Assembly (NCBI GenBank): GCA_965197585.1
Contig: OZ240215.1
Coordinates: 3,365,520 to 3,429,519 of the forward strand
Origin: Dehalococcoidia bacterium
GTDB lineage: Bacteria; Chloroflexota; Dehalococcoidia; Plut-88900
Direction: 5' to 3'
Length of the DNA: 64,000 bases
In this document: one piece after another, positions 42,943 through 52,900 of the stretch
Numbering within the stretch: position 1 is the first letter of the stretch
How the letters are laid out: each line of letters opens with the position of its first letter
Program-made: the position numbers and the translations under genes
The notes under the pieces: generated by a model
Database searches by the model: none
What the model was told of the DNA's origin: nothing
The model's input: only the letters and a program-made list of their open reading frames with translations

Positions 42943-43968
42943 CTAGCGGAGCCAGGGCTTGATCAGCAGCTTGCCGAACTGGCGTCTCTCCTCCATCATC
43001 TGGTGCGCCTCTTTGGCGCCTTCCAGGGGATAGACGCTGTCTATGGCGGGCTTGACCTTGCCCTGGGCCACAACCTTGAGCAGTTGGGCCAACTCGTGGC
43101 GTGAGCCTAGGTATGACCCGATGATGGTTAGCTGCTTGATGAAAAGCTCCTGGATGTTGATCCTGCCGTAAACCCCGGTGTGTGCCCCGGAGGTCACCAG
43201 CCGGCCATTGAAGGCCAGGCACCCGATGCTGCTCTGCCAGGTATCGGTGCCTATGTGCTCCACGACGATATCGACGCCCCGGCCCTCGGTGAGACCCATC
43301 ACGGAGTCCCTGAAGTCTTCAGTGGAGTAGTTGATGGTCTCGTCGGCGCCGATCTGGCGGGCCCGCTCCAGCTTGATGTCCGAGGATGCGGTAGCCAAGA
43401 CACGGGCCCCGGCCATCTTTGCTATCTGGATCGCCCCACTGCCGACTCCGCTGCCCGCCGAGTGAACGAGCACGTCCTCCCCACTCCGCACCTTGGCCCG
43501 GGTGATGAGCATGTGCCAGGCAGTGAGATAGGCGAGAGCGACGCTGGCGCCCATGTCGTAGGAGACCTCCGGCGGGAGAAGAATGAGACTGGAGGCGGGG
43601 GCCTTGGTGAACTCGGCGTAACCGCCGGGGATGCTGGCCGCCTTTAAGCACATGCCCTCCTCCCCTATGCGGCACGGGTCGCAGTTGCCGCAGGGGAAGC
43701 GTGGGATGACCGTCACCCTGTCCCCGATGGAGAAGTCGGTGACCATCTCTCCCATTTCAGCGATCTCTCCGGCAACCTCGCGGCCGGGGATCGCGGGCAG
43801 GGGTATTGTTGCGCCGATGATTCCCTGGCGAAGATAGAGGTCGACGTGGTTGACGCCGCAGGCCCAGACTTTGATCAAGACCTCCAGGGGCCCGATCTCC
43901 GGGTTGGGCACCTTGTGGACCTGCAGGACCTCGGGGCCGCCGTGTTCCTCTATCGATACCGCTCTCAA
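42943..43968 (-). CDS. zinc-binding alcohol dehydrogenase / quinone oxidoreductase family protein
   Basis: GGPEVL, CGNCDPC..C, AGSGVG, QFGKLLI. Confidence 0.9.
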   Translation of the reverse strand: MRAVSIEEHGGPEVLQVHKVPNPEIGPLEVLIKVWACGVNHVDLYLRQGIIGATIPLPAIPGREVAGEIAEMGEMVTDFSIGDRVTVIPRFPCGNCDPCRIGEEGMCLKAASIPGGYAEFTKAPASSLILLPPEVSYDMGASVALAYLTAWHMLITRAKVRSGEDVLVHSAGSGVGSGAIQIAKMAGARVLATASSDIKLERARQIGADETINYSTEDFRDSVMGLTEGRGVDIVVEHIGTDTWQSSIGCLAFNGRLVTSGAHTGVYGRINIQELFIKQLTIIGSYLGSRHELAQLLKVVAQGKVKPAIDSVYPLEGAKEAHQMMEERRQFGKLLIKPWLR

Positions 43969-44055
43969 ACCGGCCTGCCCTTCTCTACTTAGCTTGCACC
44001 CTACAGGAAGCTTGCTGGGGGAGCCAGGCGTTCTGCTTTGAGGGCCGGTTGGACC

Positions 44056-45027
44056 CTAGGCGACGCCCAGCTGCTCTTTGACGAGGTCCACTCCCATCCT
44101 AACGGCCTTCAGCTTGGCCTTGGCCTCTTCCACCGTTCGGGTCTTGAGCCCGCAGTCGGGGTCGGCGAGGATCTGGTCGAGGGAGAACTGGGTCAGGACC
44201 CGGCGCACACCCTCTGCGACCTCTTCGGGGGGTTCTATCTGGTGGCTGTGCACGTCGACAACGCCAGCGGACAACATCTTTCTGAAGGGGTGGGAGGCGA
44301 ACACATCCATGAGCTGGTAGCCGCTGTTGGCCATCTCCAGGTCGAAGATGTCTACGGGCATATCCAGCATCCGGGGATATATTTTGGCGAAATCGCCGTA
44401 GCAAATATGGGTGATGGTAGTGGCGGTGAGCCCCTCGGTTACGACGCCCATGGCCCGGATGGCGATGTCGATCTCCTCCGGGCGGGTGGAGAGGGCGGGC
44501 TCGTCGATCTGAATATAGGTTGCGCCGGCGGCTTCCAGGTCCCGTGCCTCGTCGCGCACAAACTCGGCCACGTTCATGATGAAGGCTTCACGGTTTGGGA
44601 AATACTCGTCGAAAGACCAGTCGCAGATGGTGTAAGGACCGGTGAGCATGCCTTTGACCGGTTTTTCGGTGAGGCTCTGGGCGTACTTCCAGGTGTCAAG
44701 GGTGACGGGCTGACGCCTTTTAATGGGGCCGGTGGCTATTGGCTTGCGGTAGTAGCGGTTGCCGTAGGAGCGGACCAGGCCGCTGATTGCAAACCCGTCC
44801 AGGTTCTCGGCGAAGAAGGTGACCATGTCGCCACGGTCCATCTCCCCGTCGACGAGGATGTCGATGCCAATCTCCTCCTGGGCCTCGATCCACTCGCGGG
44901 TTGCCTGCAGCTCCAGCTCCCGGAGCTCCTGCCGGTCCATTTCTCCCCGGGAGTAGCGTCCCCTGGCCTTTCTCAGGTAGGGAGGCTTGGGGAAGCTTCC
45001 CACGGAGGTCGTCAACAAGGCTCCCAT
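44056..45027 (-). CDS. cobalamin-independent methionine synthase, catalytic (C-terminal-like) subunit
   Basis: VGSFPKP, DGE..RGDMV.FF, LTGPYT, QIDEPA, THICYG, DPDCGLKT. Confidence 0.9.
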   Translation of the reverse strand: MGALLTTSVGSFPKPPYLRKARGRYSRGEMDRQELRELELQATREWIEAQEEIGIDILVDGEMDRGDMVTFFAENLDGFAISGLVRSYGNRYYRKPIATGPIKRRQPVTLDTWKYAQSLTEKPVKGMLTGPYTICDWSFDEYFPNREAFIMNVAEFVRDEARDLEAAGATYIQIDEPALSTRPEEIDIAIRAMGVVTEGLTATTITHICYGDFAKIYPRMLDMPVDIFDLEMANSGYQLMDVFASHPFRKMLSAGVVDVHSHQIEPPEEVAEGVRRVLTQFSLDQILADPDCGLKTRTVEEAKAKLKAVRMGVDLVKEQLGVA

Positions 45028-45999
45028 CTAGCTTACCGCCTCCTTCAGCTCCGCTGCACCTTCTGACATGCGCCTCAGCTTGGCTATTGCCGTGTCCCGG
45101 GGCAGGTAGTCGAGCCCGCAGCTGGGGGTCAGGTGAATGCGGGCCAGAGACACATGCTGCGAGGTCTCCGTAAGAGTATTCGTAATATGCTCGACCGTTT
45201 CCAGGCGGACGTTGCGGGCGTCCAGGATGCCGAGGCCCAGGGTCTTGTCGGCGGGGAACCGGTCCAGCAGGTCAAAGTTGGCCGGGCCCTTGACGAAGTC
45301 CAGGCCGAAGCCGTGGAAGGGAAGATCGAAAAAGCCGTCCAGCCCGGTAGCGTCCCCAAACCAGGTGTACAACATCCGCTCTACGTTCAAATCCTGGGTG
45401 AAGCGGTCCATCACCTCGCGGAAGAGAGCCCAGTCCTCTTTGTTCCTGACGATAGCCGGCTCGTCGACCTGGAGAAGGGGCACACCCTCGCTTTCCAGGG
45501 CAAGGGCTTCCTGCCTGAGGGCGTCGGCGAGTTCCGTGGCCAGGTGAGCCAGGTCACGATGGTGGTCGGAGCGGGAGAGTTTGGCGAGGGTATAGGGGCC
45601 GGTGATAATCGCCTTGACCGGCAGCGAAGTGCAGCCCGCGGCGAACCGGTAGTCGGATACGGTGATGGGGCCCTTCCAGCCAATGGGGCCCGTGGCAACG
45701 GGCTGGCGGTAATAGGTGTTGGTGTCGAAGTAGCGCAGGAGGCCCGTGGCTTCGAAGCCTTCCAGGTTACGGGCGATGTATGTCTGCCCGTCGTCCCAGC
45801 GAATCATGCCGTCGGTCACGATGTCGAGACCTGCGGCAACCTGCTGTTCGATGACCTCGCGGCTAACGTCGTCCTCAACTCGGGCGAGGTCTTCGGGGGT
45901 GATATCTCCTCTATCGGAGCGGGCTATGGCCCTGCGGAGCCTCTGTCCCTCGGGCCCTTCTGTGATTTTCGGATAGGCGCCTACGGCGGTAAGTTTCAT
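45028..45999 (-). CDS. cobalamin-independent methionine synthase, N-terminal-like subunit (split MetE)
   Basis: RYFDTNTYYRQP, ITGPYTLA, YTWFG in place of HxC, GLDFV, PSCGL. Confidence 0.85.
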   Translation of the reverse strand: MKLTAVGAYPKITEGPEGQRLRRAIARSDRGDITPEDLARVEDDVSREVIEQQVAAGLDIVTDGMIRWDDGQTYIARNLEGFEATGLLRYFDTNTYYRQPVATGPIGWKGPITVSDYRFAAGCTSLPVKAIITGPYTLAKLSRSDHHRDLAHLATELADALRQEALALESEGVPLLQVDEPAIVRNKEDWALFREVMDRFTQDLNVERMLYTWFGDATGLDGFFDLPFHGFGLDFVKGPANFDLLDRFPADKTLGLGILDARNVRLETVEHITNTLTETSQHVSLARIHLTPSCGLDYLPRDTAIAKLRRMSEGAAELKEAVS

Positions 46000-46774
46000 G
46001 GTCGTGCGACGGGGAAGTATGCTACCACACGCAGGGTAGTGTCACAACAGCGACATGCCACATTTCACGCTGTTTCTGGAATCCTGGGTTCTCGGAATGA
46101 CGATTGTGCAAGAGGCTGACGCCGGTGGAGAGCGTTTATTCAGTCCTCCTGAGGCGGATGTTCCATCTTCGATTGTGGGGTTTGGGTTTCGGTTTGGTTT
46201 GTTTGGGAGGGGGCAGGCGATGGAAGGTCCGAGACTCGATTCAGGGGGCGGGAGGCCCGCCTGCTTCAGCCCCGTGCTTCTGTTTAGTGTGGTAGATAAG
46301 CGAGGGGTCCTCGCTAAGGGGCGGCCTCTACCACCAGCTTTCGCTCTGCCCCGCTCGGAGGGTCGGGGGGCGCTTTCTCACTGCCGTCGCTGGTTATGTG
46401 GGAATCTCCGAAGGGAACGACGGGGGAGATTTTCCAAGGGCCGTAAGGCCCGAGTGTATAGCCCGGCATAAGCGGGGCTCCTTAGATACGCCGAGGGCGC
46501 ATCTACTGCGTCCTACGCATAGGACGCCATTCGGCAGGGCCCTGGAGGGGACATGCCGGTTAGAGTCTTTACGGACCTTCCAATCGCCTGGGTGATGGGG
46601 GAAGGGGCACGGGACCCGATGGGGTGAGGAGATGGCGGCGTTTGCTTGAGCCACGGGCCTGTGCGAGGGCCGTTGGGATGGGCTTGGACGTTGAGTCCTC
46701 GGGTGGGTCGGGTGGGCTTCCCTGGGTTTTTGGTTCCTCCTTGGGTGAGTTAGGCTGGTGTTCGAACGGTGGGG

Positions 46775-46820
46775 ATAATAGCACGTATGTTTGGGTAGGT
46801 CAAGGGGTTCGTGTCACTTT
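46775..46820 (-). promoter_or_regulatory. sigma70 promoter with LexA-box-like spacer
   Basis: TTGACC-N17-TATTAT; CAAAC-ATAC-GTGCT; 23 nt identical to 21232-21254. Confidence 0.6.
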
Positions 46821-46880
46821 GGGGGGGGCACCCCTCCCGACCCCGTTTAATCGGTACCCGCCCACCCGCCCTGTTTTATT

Positions 46881-46921
46881 GACATATCAGCCATGTTGCT
46901 ATGCAACATGGCTGATATGTC
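46881..46921. repeat. perfect 19-bp inverted repeat
   Basis: GACATATCAGCCATGTTGC-TAT-GCAACATGGCTGATATGTC. Confidence 0.9.
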
Positions 46922-46973
46922 GTTATCAAGGGGGAGGGGAAGGAAGGCTATGAAGGGCGTGCGAGGGCAAGTC

Positions 46974-48085
<1,112 letters not shown>

Positions 48086-48324
48086 ATTCCTCGCGGAGCC
48101 TCGGAATGACAGGGGTTAAGGGGGTTGTGGGGTGGGGGAGGGTGTGACGGATTGGCAGTGCGGGGTTGCCCCCGCTCGACCCTTCGAGTGCCTCAGGGTG
48201 AGCGGCCCCGTCCCAAGGAAGGGATCACCCTCACTCGCCTCAGCGAGCCTACGGCCCTAGCCCTCTCCCATCGTAGGGAGAGGGGATAGGACTCCTCCCC
48301 AGATTCCTCGCGGAGCCTCGGAAT

Positions 48325-49380
48325 TGTAAGTGTTAGGTAATTCGTTGACAGATTGGTATAAGAGGCCAACACCAATCTGGAGGCGAGAATGCGAGACAAT
48401 AGCAAGGACCTCACCCTTGAGCGGAACTACATTCAGAAGTGGCGGTTCCTCATCCATGAGTATCAACTGGTCAAGGCAGGGAAGCATCCCCGTTTCCGCT
48501 TCGCCCAGGACTTCTACTCCTTCCACGGCACTAGCCGTCAGACCTTCGCCAAGTACTACAACCGGTTCCTCCTTTCCCCCTCCGACAACGCCTTCCTCCC
48601 CCGTAAGCGGGGTCCCGGGTGGAAGTCCCGCCGCACCCTGCCCTACATTGAGCAGAAGGTCATCAACGAGCGCCTTAACGGTACCAACCGTTACGAGATC
48701 TATGCCATACTCAAACCCATCCTTAAACACAACACCCCTAAGCCCTCCACCATCTACGCCATCACCAGACGCCACGGTTTCAATAGGCTCACAAAGCCGA
48801 TGCAGCAGTCGAAGCGCAAGATCATCAAGACCCGGGCAGGAGAGCTGGGCCACCTGGACAGCCACTACCTCAGCCGGGATACCATCGTGGGCACCAAGCA
48901 CCGCTACTACCTGGTGGGCCTCATCGACGCCTACACCCGTCTGGCCTGGGCCGAAGTGGTCGGAGACATCAAGAGTCTCTCCGTTATGTTTGCTACTCTG
49001 AAGTCCATCAATTTCCTTAACGTGGAGTACGGCATCCAATTCGAGGCCATCCTCACCGACAACGGCCCCGAGATGGCCTCCCCAAGGAACACCGAGGGCC
49101 ACCCCATGGAACGGATGCTCAATGAGCTGGGCATAAAGCACCGCTACACCCGCCCTTATAGGCCCCAGACCAACGGGAAGATAGAGCGGTTCTGGAGAAC
49201 CTTGAACGAGGACCTGCTGGAGGGGACAACCTTCGAATCGGTCTCGGAACTGAAGGACGAGCTTCAGCAATACCTGATCTACTACAATACTCAGAGACCC
49301 CACCAGGCAATGGACGGAAAGACCCCTTTGGAGACCCTTAAATCCACCTAATTCTGTCAACGAATTACCTGACATCCACA
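48325..49380 (+). mobile_element. IS481-family insertion sequence
   Basis: TGT...ACA ends, 28-bp IRs with 24 matches (core AGGTAATTCGTTGACAGA), GGAAT duplicated at 48320-48324 and 49381-49385. Confidence 0.9.
48389..49351 (+). CDS. IS481-family (rve integrase core) transposase
   Basis: GELGHLD, IDAYTR, LTDNGPE, PQTNGKIERF, YNTQRPH. Confidence 0.93.
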   Translation: MRDNSKDLTLERNYIQKWRFLIHEYQLVKAGKHPRFRFAQDFYSFHGTSRQTFAKYYNRFLLSPSDNAFLPRKRGPGWKSRRTLPYIEQKVINERLNGTNRYEIYAILKPILKHNTPKPSTIYAITRRHGFNRLTKPMQQSKRKIIKTRAGELGHLDSHYLSRDTIVGTKHRYYLVGLIDAYTRLAWAEVVGDIKSLSVMFATLKSINFLNVEYGIQFEAILTDNGPEMASPRNTEGHPMERMLNELGIKHRYTRPYRPQTNGKIERFWRTLNEDLLEGTTFESVSELKDELQQYLIYYNTQRPHQAMDGKTPLETLKST

Positions 49381-49649
49381 GGAATGACAGGGGTTAAGGG
49401 GGTTGTGGGGTGGGGGAGGGGTGGGACGTGACGGATTGGCAAGTGCGGGGCCGCCCCACGCTCGACCCTTCGAGTGCCTCAGGGTGAGCGGCCCCGCCCC
49501 AAGGAGGGGATCACCCTGACTCGCCTCAGCGAGCCTACGGCCCTAGCCCTCTTCCATCGTAGGGAGAGGGGATAGGACTCCTCCCCAGATTCCTCGCGGG
49601 GCCTCGGAATGATCCGCCTTAGGCGGACAGGCTCCTCTCTGGTGGGGGG

Positions 49650-50954
49650 TTAAGCCCGGAGGTCTCGCAGGGATTCCTCTGCGACGGCGAGGGTGTGGTC
49701 TATGTCCTCTTCCGAGTGGGCCAGCGAGACGTACATCTTCGGGCCGCCGGGAACGCTCCAGACACCTCGGCGGATGAGGCCCATCTTGAATCGGCGGCCC
49801 ATGTCTGCGTCCGCCGACCATGTGTCCCGGTATTGGGTCACGGGCTGATCGGTGAACAGTACGTCGACTATAGACTCTTCCTGGCATACGAACATGGGGA
49901 TCTCGAGCATCTGGCCCAATTCCTTGAGTCCGTCCCCGAGCCTCTTGCCCATCGTGGCTAGCCGTTCGTATTGGCCGGGCCGTCTCAGGACGTTCAGAGT
50001 TGCTCGGCCTGCGGCCATGGATGCGGGATTGCCGCTGAAGGTGCCGCCGTACATCGCCAACTCGCCGCGGGCGGCTGCCTCAGGTGTGAAGGGGTAGAAG
50101 AGGTCATTCTGGCCGACTATGGCTCCGATGGGGTAGCCGCCGCCTATAACCTTGCCCATGGTCGCAAGGTCGGGGGAGACGCCGTAGTATTCCTGCGCTC
50201 CACCCCAAGCGAGCCGGAACCCGGTCACCACCTCGTCGAAAATAAGTACCACGCCGCATCGACGAGTGACGTCGCGGAGCCCTTCCAGAAACTCGACCTT
50301 TGGAGGAATGTTGCGCTGTACCGGCTCCACAATGACCGCGGCCAACTCATTCTTGTTGCGTTCGATGAGGCGGGAGGTGGTCTTTATATCGTTGAAGGGC
50401 GCCACCAGTACGAGATCTGCGAGGGCGTCGGGGATGCCGCGGGAGTCGCGGGGTGGGCGGGGGTATTCGAAGGGTTCCTTGTGGGTCCCGGCCCAGGCCG
50501 TGTAGTCGTGGGTGCCGTGATAGCCGCCCTCCATCTTCATAATCTTGGGTTTGCCGGTGACCGCCCTGGCTAGGCGGAGGGCCATCATGGTGGCTTCGTT
50601 GCCCGAGCCTGCGAACTTGATGCGCTGGCCGCAGGGGACGGCGCTGACAATAGTCTCGGCGAGATCGATCATGGACTCGCTGAGGTTGTAGTACTGGGAC
50701 CCGGCGGCAGCCTGCTTTTCAGCGGCCTCAACGACTTCGGGGTGGGCGTGGCCCAGGATCAGGGGCCCCGACCCCATGACGTAGTCGATATATTCCTTGC
50801 CGTCGACATCCCAGAACCTGCTCCCCTCGCCCCGGGCCACGATGGGTTGCAGCTCTTGGGGAAGGGACCCGTGGGTGGTGTGGTGCATGGTGCCGCCGGC
50901 GAGGAACTGGGAGGCCCGGGCCATGAGCTCCGAGCTTCGTTGAGTGTCAGACAT
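49650..50954 (-). CDS. class III aminotransferase (glutamate-1-semialdehyde aminomutase-like)
   Basis: DVDGKEYID, SGNEA, GGYHG, LIFDEVVTGFR, GKVIGGG, GTFSGNP. Confidence 0.9.
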   Translation of the reverse strand: MSDTQRSSELMARASQFLAGGTMHHTTHGSLPQELQPIVARGEGSRFWDVDGKEYIDYVMGSGPLILGHAHPEVVEAAEKQAAAGSQYYNLSESMIDLAETIVSAVPCGQRIKFAGSGNEATMMALRLARAVTGKPKIMKMEGGYHGTHDYTAWAGTHKEPFEYPRPPRDSRGIPDALADLVLVAPFNDIKTTSRLIERNKNELAAVIVEPVQRNIPPKVEFLEGLRDVTRRCGVVLIFDEVVTGFRLAWGGAQEYYGVSPDLATMGKVIGGGYPIGAIVGQNDLFYPFTPEAAARGELAMYGGTFSGNPASMAAGRATLNVLRRPGQYERLATMGKRLGDGLKELGQMLEIPMFVCQEESIVDVLFTDQPVTQYRDTWSADADMGRRFKMGLIRRGVWSVPGGPKMYVSLAHSEEDIDHTLAVAEESLRDLRA

Positions 50955-51092
50955 AAAATCTCCTTCAAGGGAAGGTGTTTCGGGATTTAGGCGAGTATAG
51001 CACAGGCTTTTTCGCCGCCAGGAACTCGGATCATCGCATGCAAGCGATGCCCAGGACCACAATCGGAAAAAGTGCATTGGCTTTCAACTTTG

Positions 51093-51863
51093 CTATCTCT
51101 CCGAAGGCAGCGACGCCAGCCGGTCGAGGAAACCCGCCGACCGTACTTCTCTCTCCAGCTGATAGCGGATGTATCGACCCAGGGTCATTTCCATCTCCCC
51201 GGCCAGCCGCTCGGGGGTCACCTTTTCCGCTATCGCGGACGGGTCTGAGTTGCGAAGGTAGCGGAAGGATGTCAGGGCGTCCCGAGAGATGGGCCGCGCC
51301 GCTCCGTCTCCCTCGGCGCAGTCGGGGCAGACGAGGCCGCCGCCGGCGGAACTGAAGGATGCGCTCCCCTCGAAGCTCGACGCCCGGCACACTACGCAGG
51401 AATCAAGGTCGGGCTCGTAGCCGAGAATTGCCAGAAGACGCAGCTCGTAGCGGCGCAGGACCAGTCCGCCGTCCTTGTTGAGTGTGAGGGCCTTTAGTGT
51501 TTCCAAAAGGGCCTCGTAGAGCTCGGGGCTGGCGTCTTCTTCGCCGGTGAAAAGGTCTATAAGCTCGGCGGCGTAGAGGGCCTGGGCGGTGCGATGCAGG
51601 TCATCCCGCAGCTCGACAAAGCTTTCAATGGGGCTGACCTGGCTTATGATGTCGAGATTCTGGCCCCGTGCAATGAGCAGCGAGACCCGGGACAGCGGCT
51701 CGACGTGGCCTCCGACCCTGCTCCTGGGCTTCAGCACACCCTTCCCCACGAGCCTCAGCTTGCCCAAATAAGGGCTGTATACGGTGACTATCTTGTCCGC
51801 ATCGCCGAGGTTCTGGTGTCGGAGGACAATGGCCTCGGTCTTATAGACTCGGGGTCTGGACAT
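51093..51863 (-). CDS. recO: DNA repair protein RecO
   Basis: EAIVLR...GDADKIV, CVVC...GGLVCPDC zinc finger. Confidence 0.93.
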   Translation of the reverse strand: MSRPRVYKTEAIVLRHQNLGDADKIVTVYSPYLGKLRLVGKGVLKPRSRVGGHVEPLSRVSLLIARGQNLDIISQVSPIESFVELRDDLHRTAQALYAAELIDLFTGEEDASPELYEALLETLKALTLNKDGGLVLRRYELRLLAILGYEPDLDSCVVCRASSFEGSASFSSAGGGLVCPDCAEGDGAARPISRDALTSFRYLRNSDPSAIAEKVTPERLAGEMEMTLGRYIRYQLEREVRSAGFLDRLASLPSER

Positions 51864-51967
51864 GAGGGGATTATACGCCGCGACCCACACTGAAAGATGG
51901 AGGAAACGTTAAGAAATACTTGAGCTCCCTCTCTGGGTGTCGAAATGACGGGGTTACGGGAGGGCCG

Positions 51968-52573
51968 CTAAAACGGCTGCCGACCCTCCAGGGCCCGAGC
52001 CAGCGTCACGTCATCCACGTATTCGAGGTCGCCGCCGGCGGGGAGGCCCCGAGCCAGGCGCGTGACCCTTATACCTAGAGGCGATATCAGCCCGTTCAGG
52101 TACATGCAGGTGGCGTCGCCCTCGATGTTGGGGTTGATGCCGAGAATTATCTCCTTCACCTGGCCGTCTCGGAGTCGGTCCAGCAGCTCCCTCACCTTCA
52201 GGTCGTCGGGCGTGATGCCGTTCATGGGGGAGATCACGCCGTGGAGGACGTGGAACAGACCCTGGAACTTGCCCGACCTCTCGATGGGCAGAATGTCCAA
52301 AGGCTCTTCTACGACGCATATCTGGCTCCTGTCACGACGGAAGTTGCTGCAGAGGGGGCAGACCTCGGTCTCGGCGATGTTCTGGCACGAGCCGCAAAGG
52401 GTGGTGAGCTCCTTGACGGCGATGATGGCCTCGGAGAGGGCTCGGGCCTCCTCTTCGGGGAGGCGCACCACGTGATAGGTTAGCCGCTGGGCCGTTTTGG
52501 GCCCGATGCCCGGAAGCCGGTGGAAGGCTTCTATGAGCCGGGTCACGGCTGGAGAGGTAGGCGAGGTAGACAT
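51968..52573 (-). CDS. recR: recombination mediator RecR
   Basis: LPGIGPKTAQRL, C4 finger, ICVVE, EGDAT, LARGLP.GGDLEY.D. Confidence 0.97.
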   Translation of the reverse strand: MSTSPTSPAVTRLIEAFHRLPGIGPKTAQRLTYHVVRLPEEEARALSEAIIAVKELTTLCGSCQNIAETEVCPLCSNFRRDRSQICVVEEPLDILPIERSGKFQGLFHVLHGVISPMNGITPDDLKVRELLDRLRDGQVKEIILGINPNIEGDATCMYLNGLISPLGIRVTRLARGLPAGGDLEYVDDVTLARALEGRQPF

Positions 52574-52588
52574 GGACTTCCCCGCTGC

Positions 52589-52900
52589 CTACAGCCCGGG
52601 GATGTTGAGGCCCGCGGTGAGTCCTCCAAGATGGCTGGAGGCCAGGCCCTGGGACTTCTCGATGGCCTCGGTGACGGCGGCCTGGACAAGGTCCTGGAGC
52701 ATCTCCACGTCCTCCGGGTCAACGACCTCGGGGGAGATGGTGATGGACTTGATCTCCTGCTTACCATTCATGACGACCTTGACTGTGCCACCGCCGACGC
52801 TGACCTCGACGTCCTTGTCGGCCAGCTCTTCCTGGGCCTTGGCCAGCAGGGACTGGACATCCTGCATCTGTTTCATCTGACGCCGCATCTGTCTGTTCAT
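52589..52900 (-). CDS. ybaB: YbaB/EbfC nucleoid-associated protein
   Basis: GGG.VKV..NG, DPEDVEMLQDLV; located between dnaX and recR. Confidence 0.95.
   Translation of the reverse strand: MNRQMRRQMKQMQDVQSLLAKAQEELADKDVEVSVGGGTVKVVMNGKQEIKSITISPEVVDPEDVEMLQDLVQAAVTEAIEKSQGLASSHLGGLTAGLNIPGL

Noticed and set aside
46000-46130. SAM or cobalamin riboswitch upstream of split metE
   Set aside because: Region is short, contains a REP-like copy and lacks the conserved riboswitch motifs
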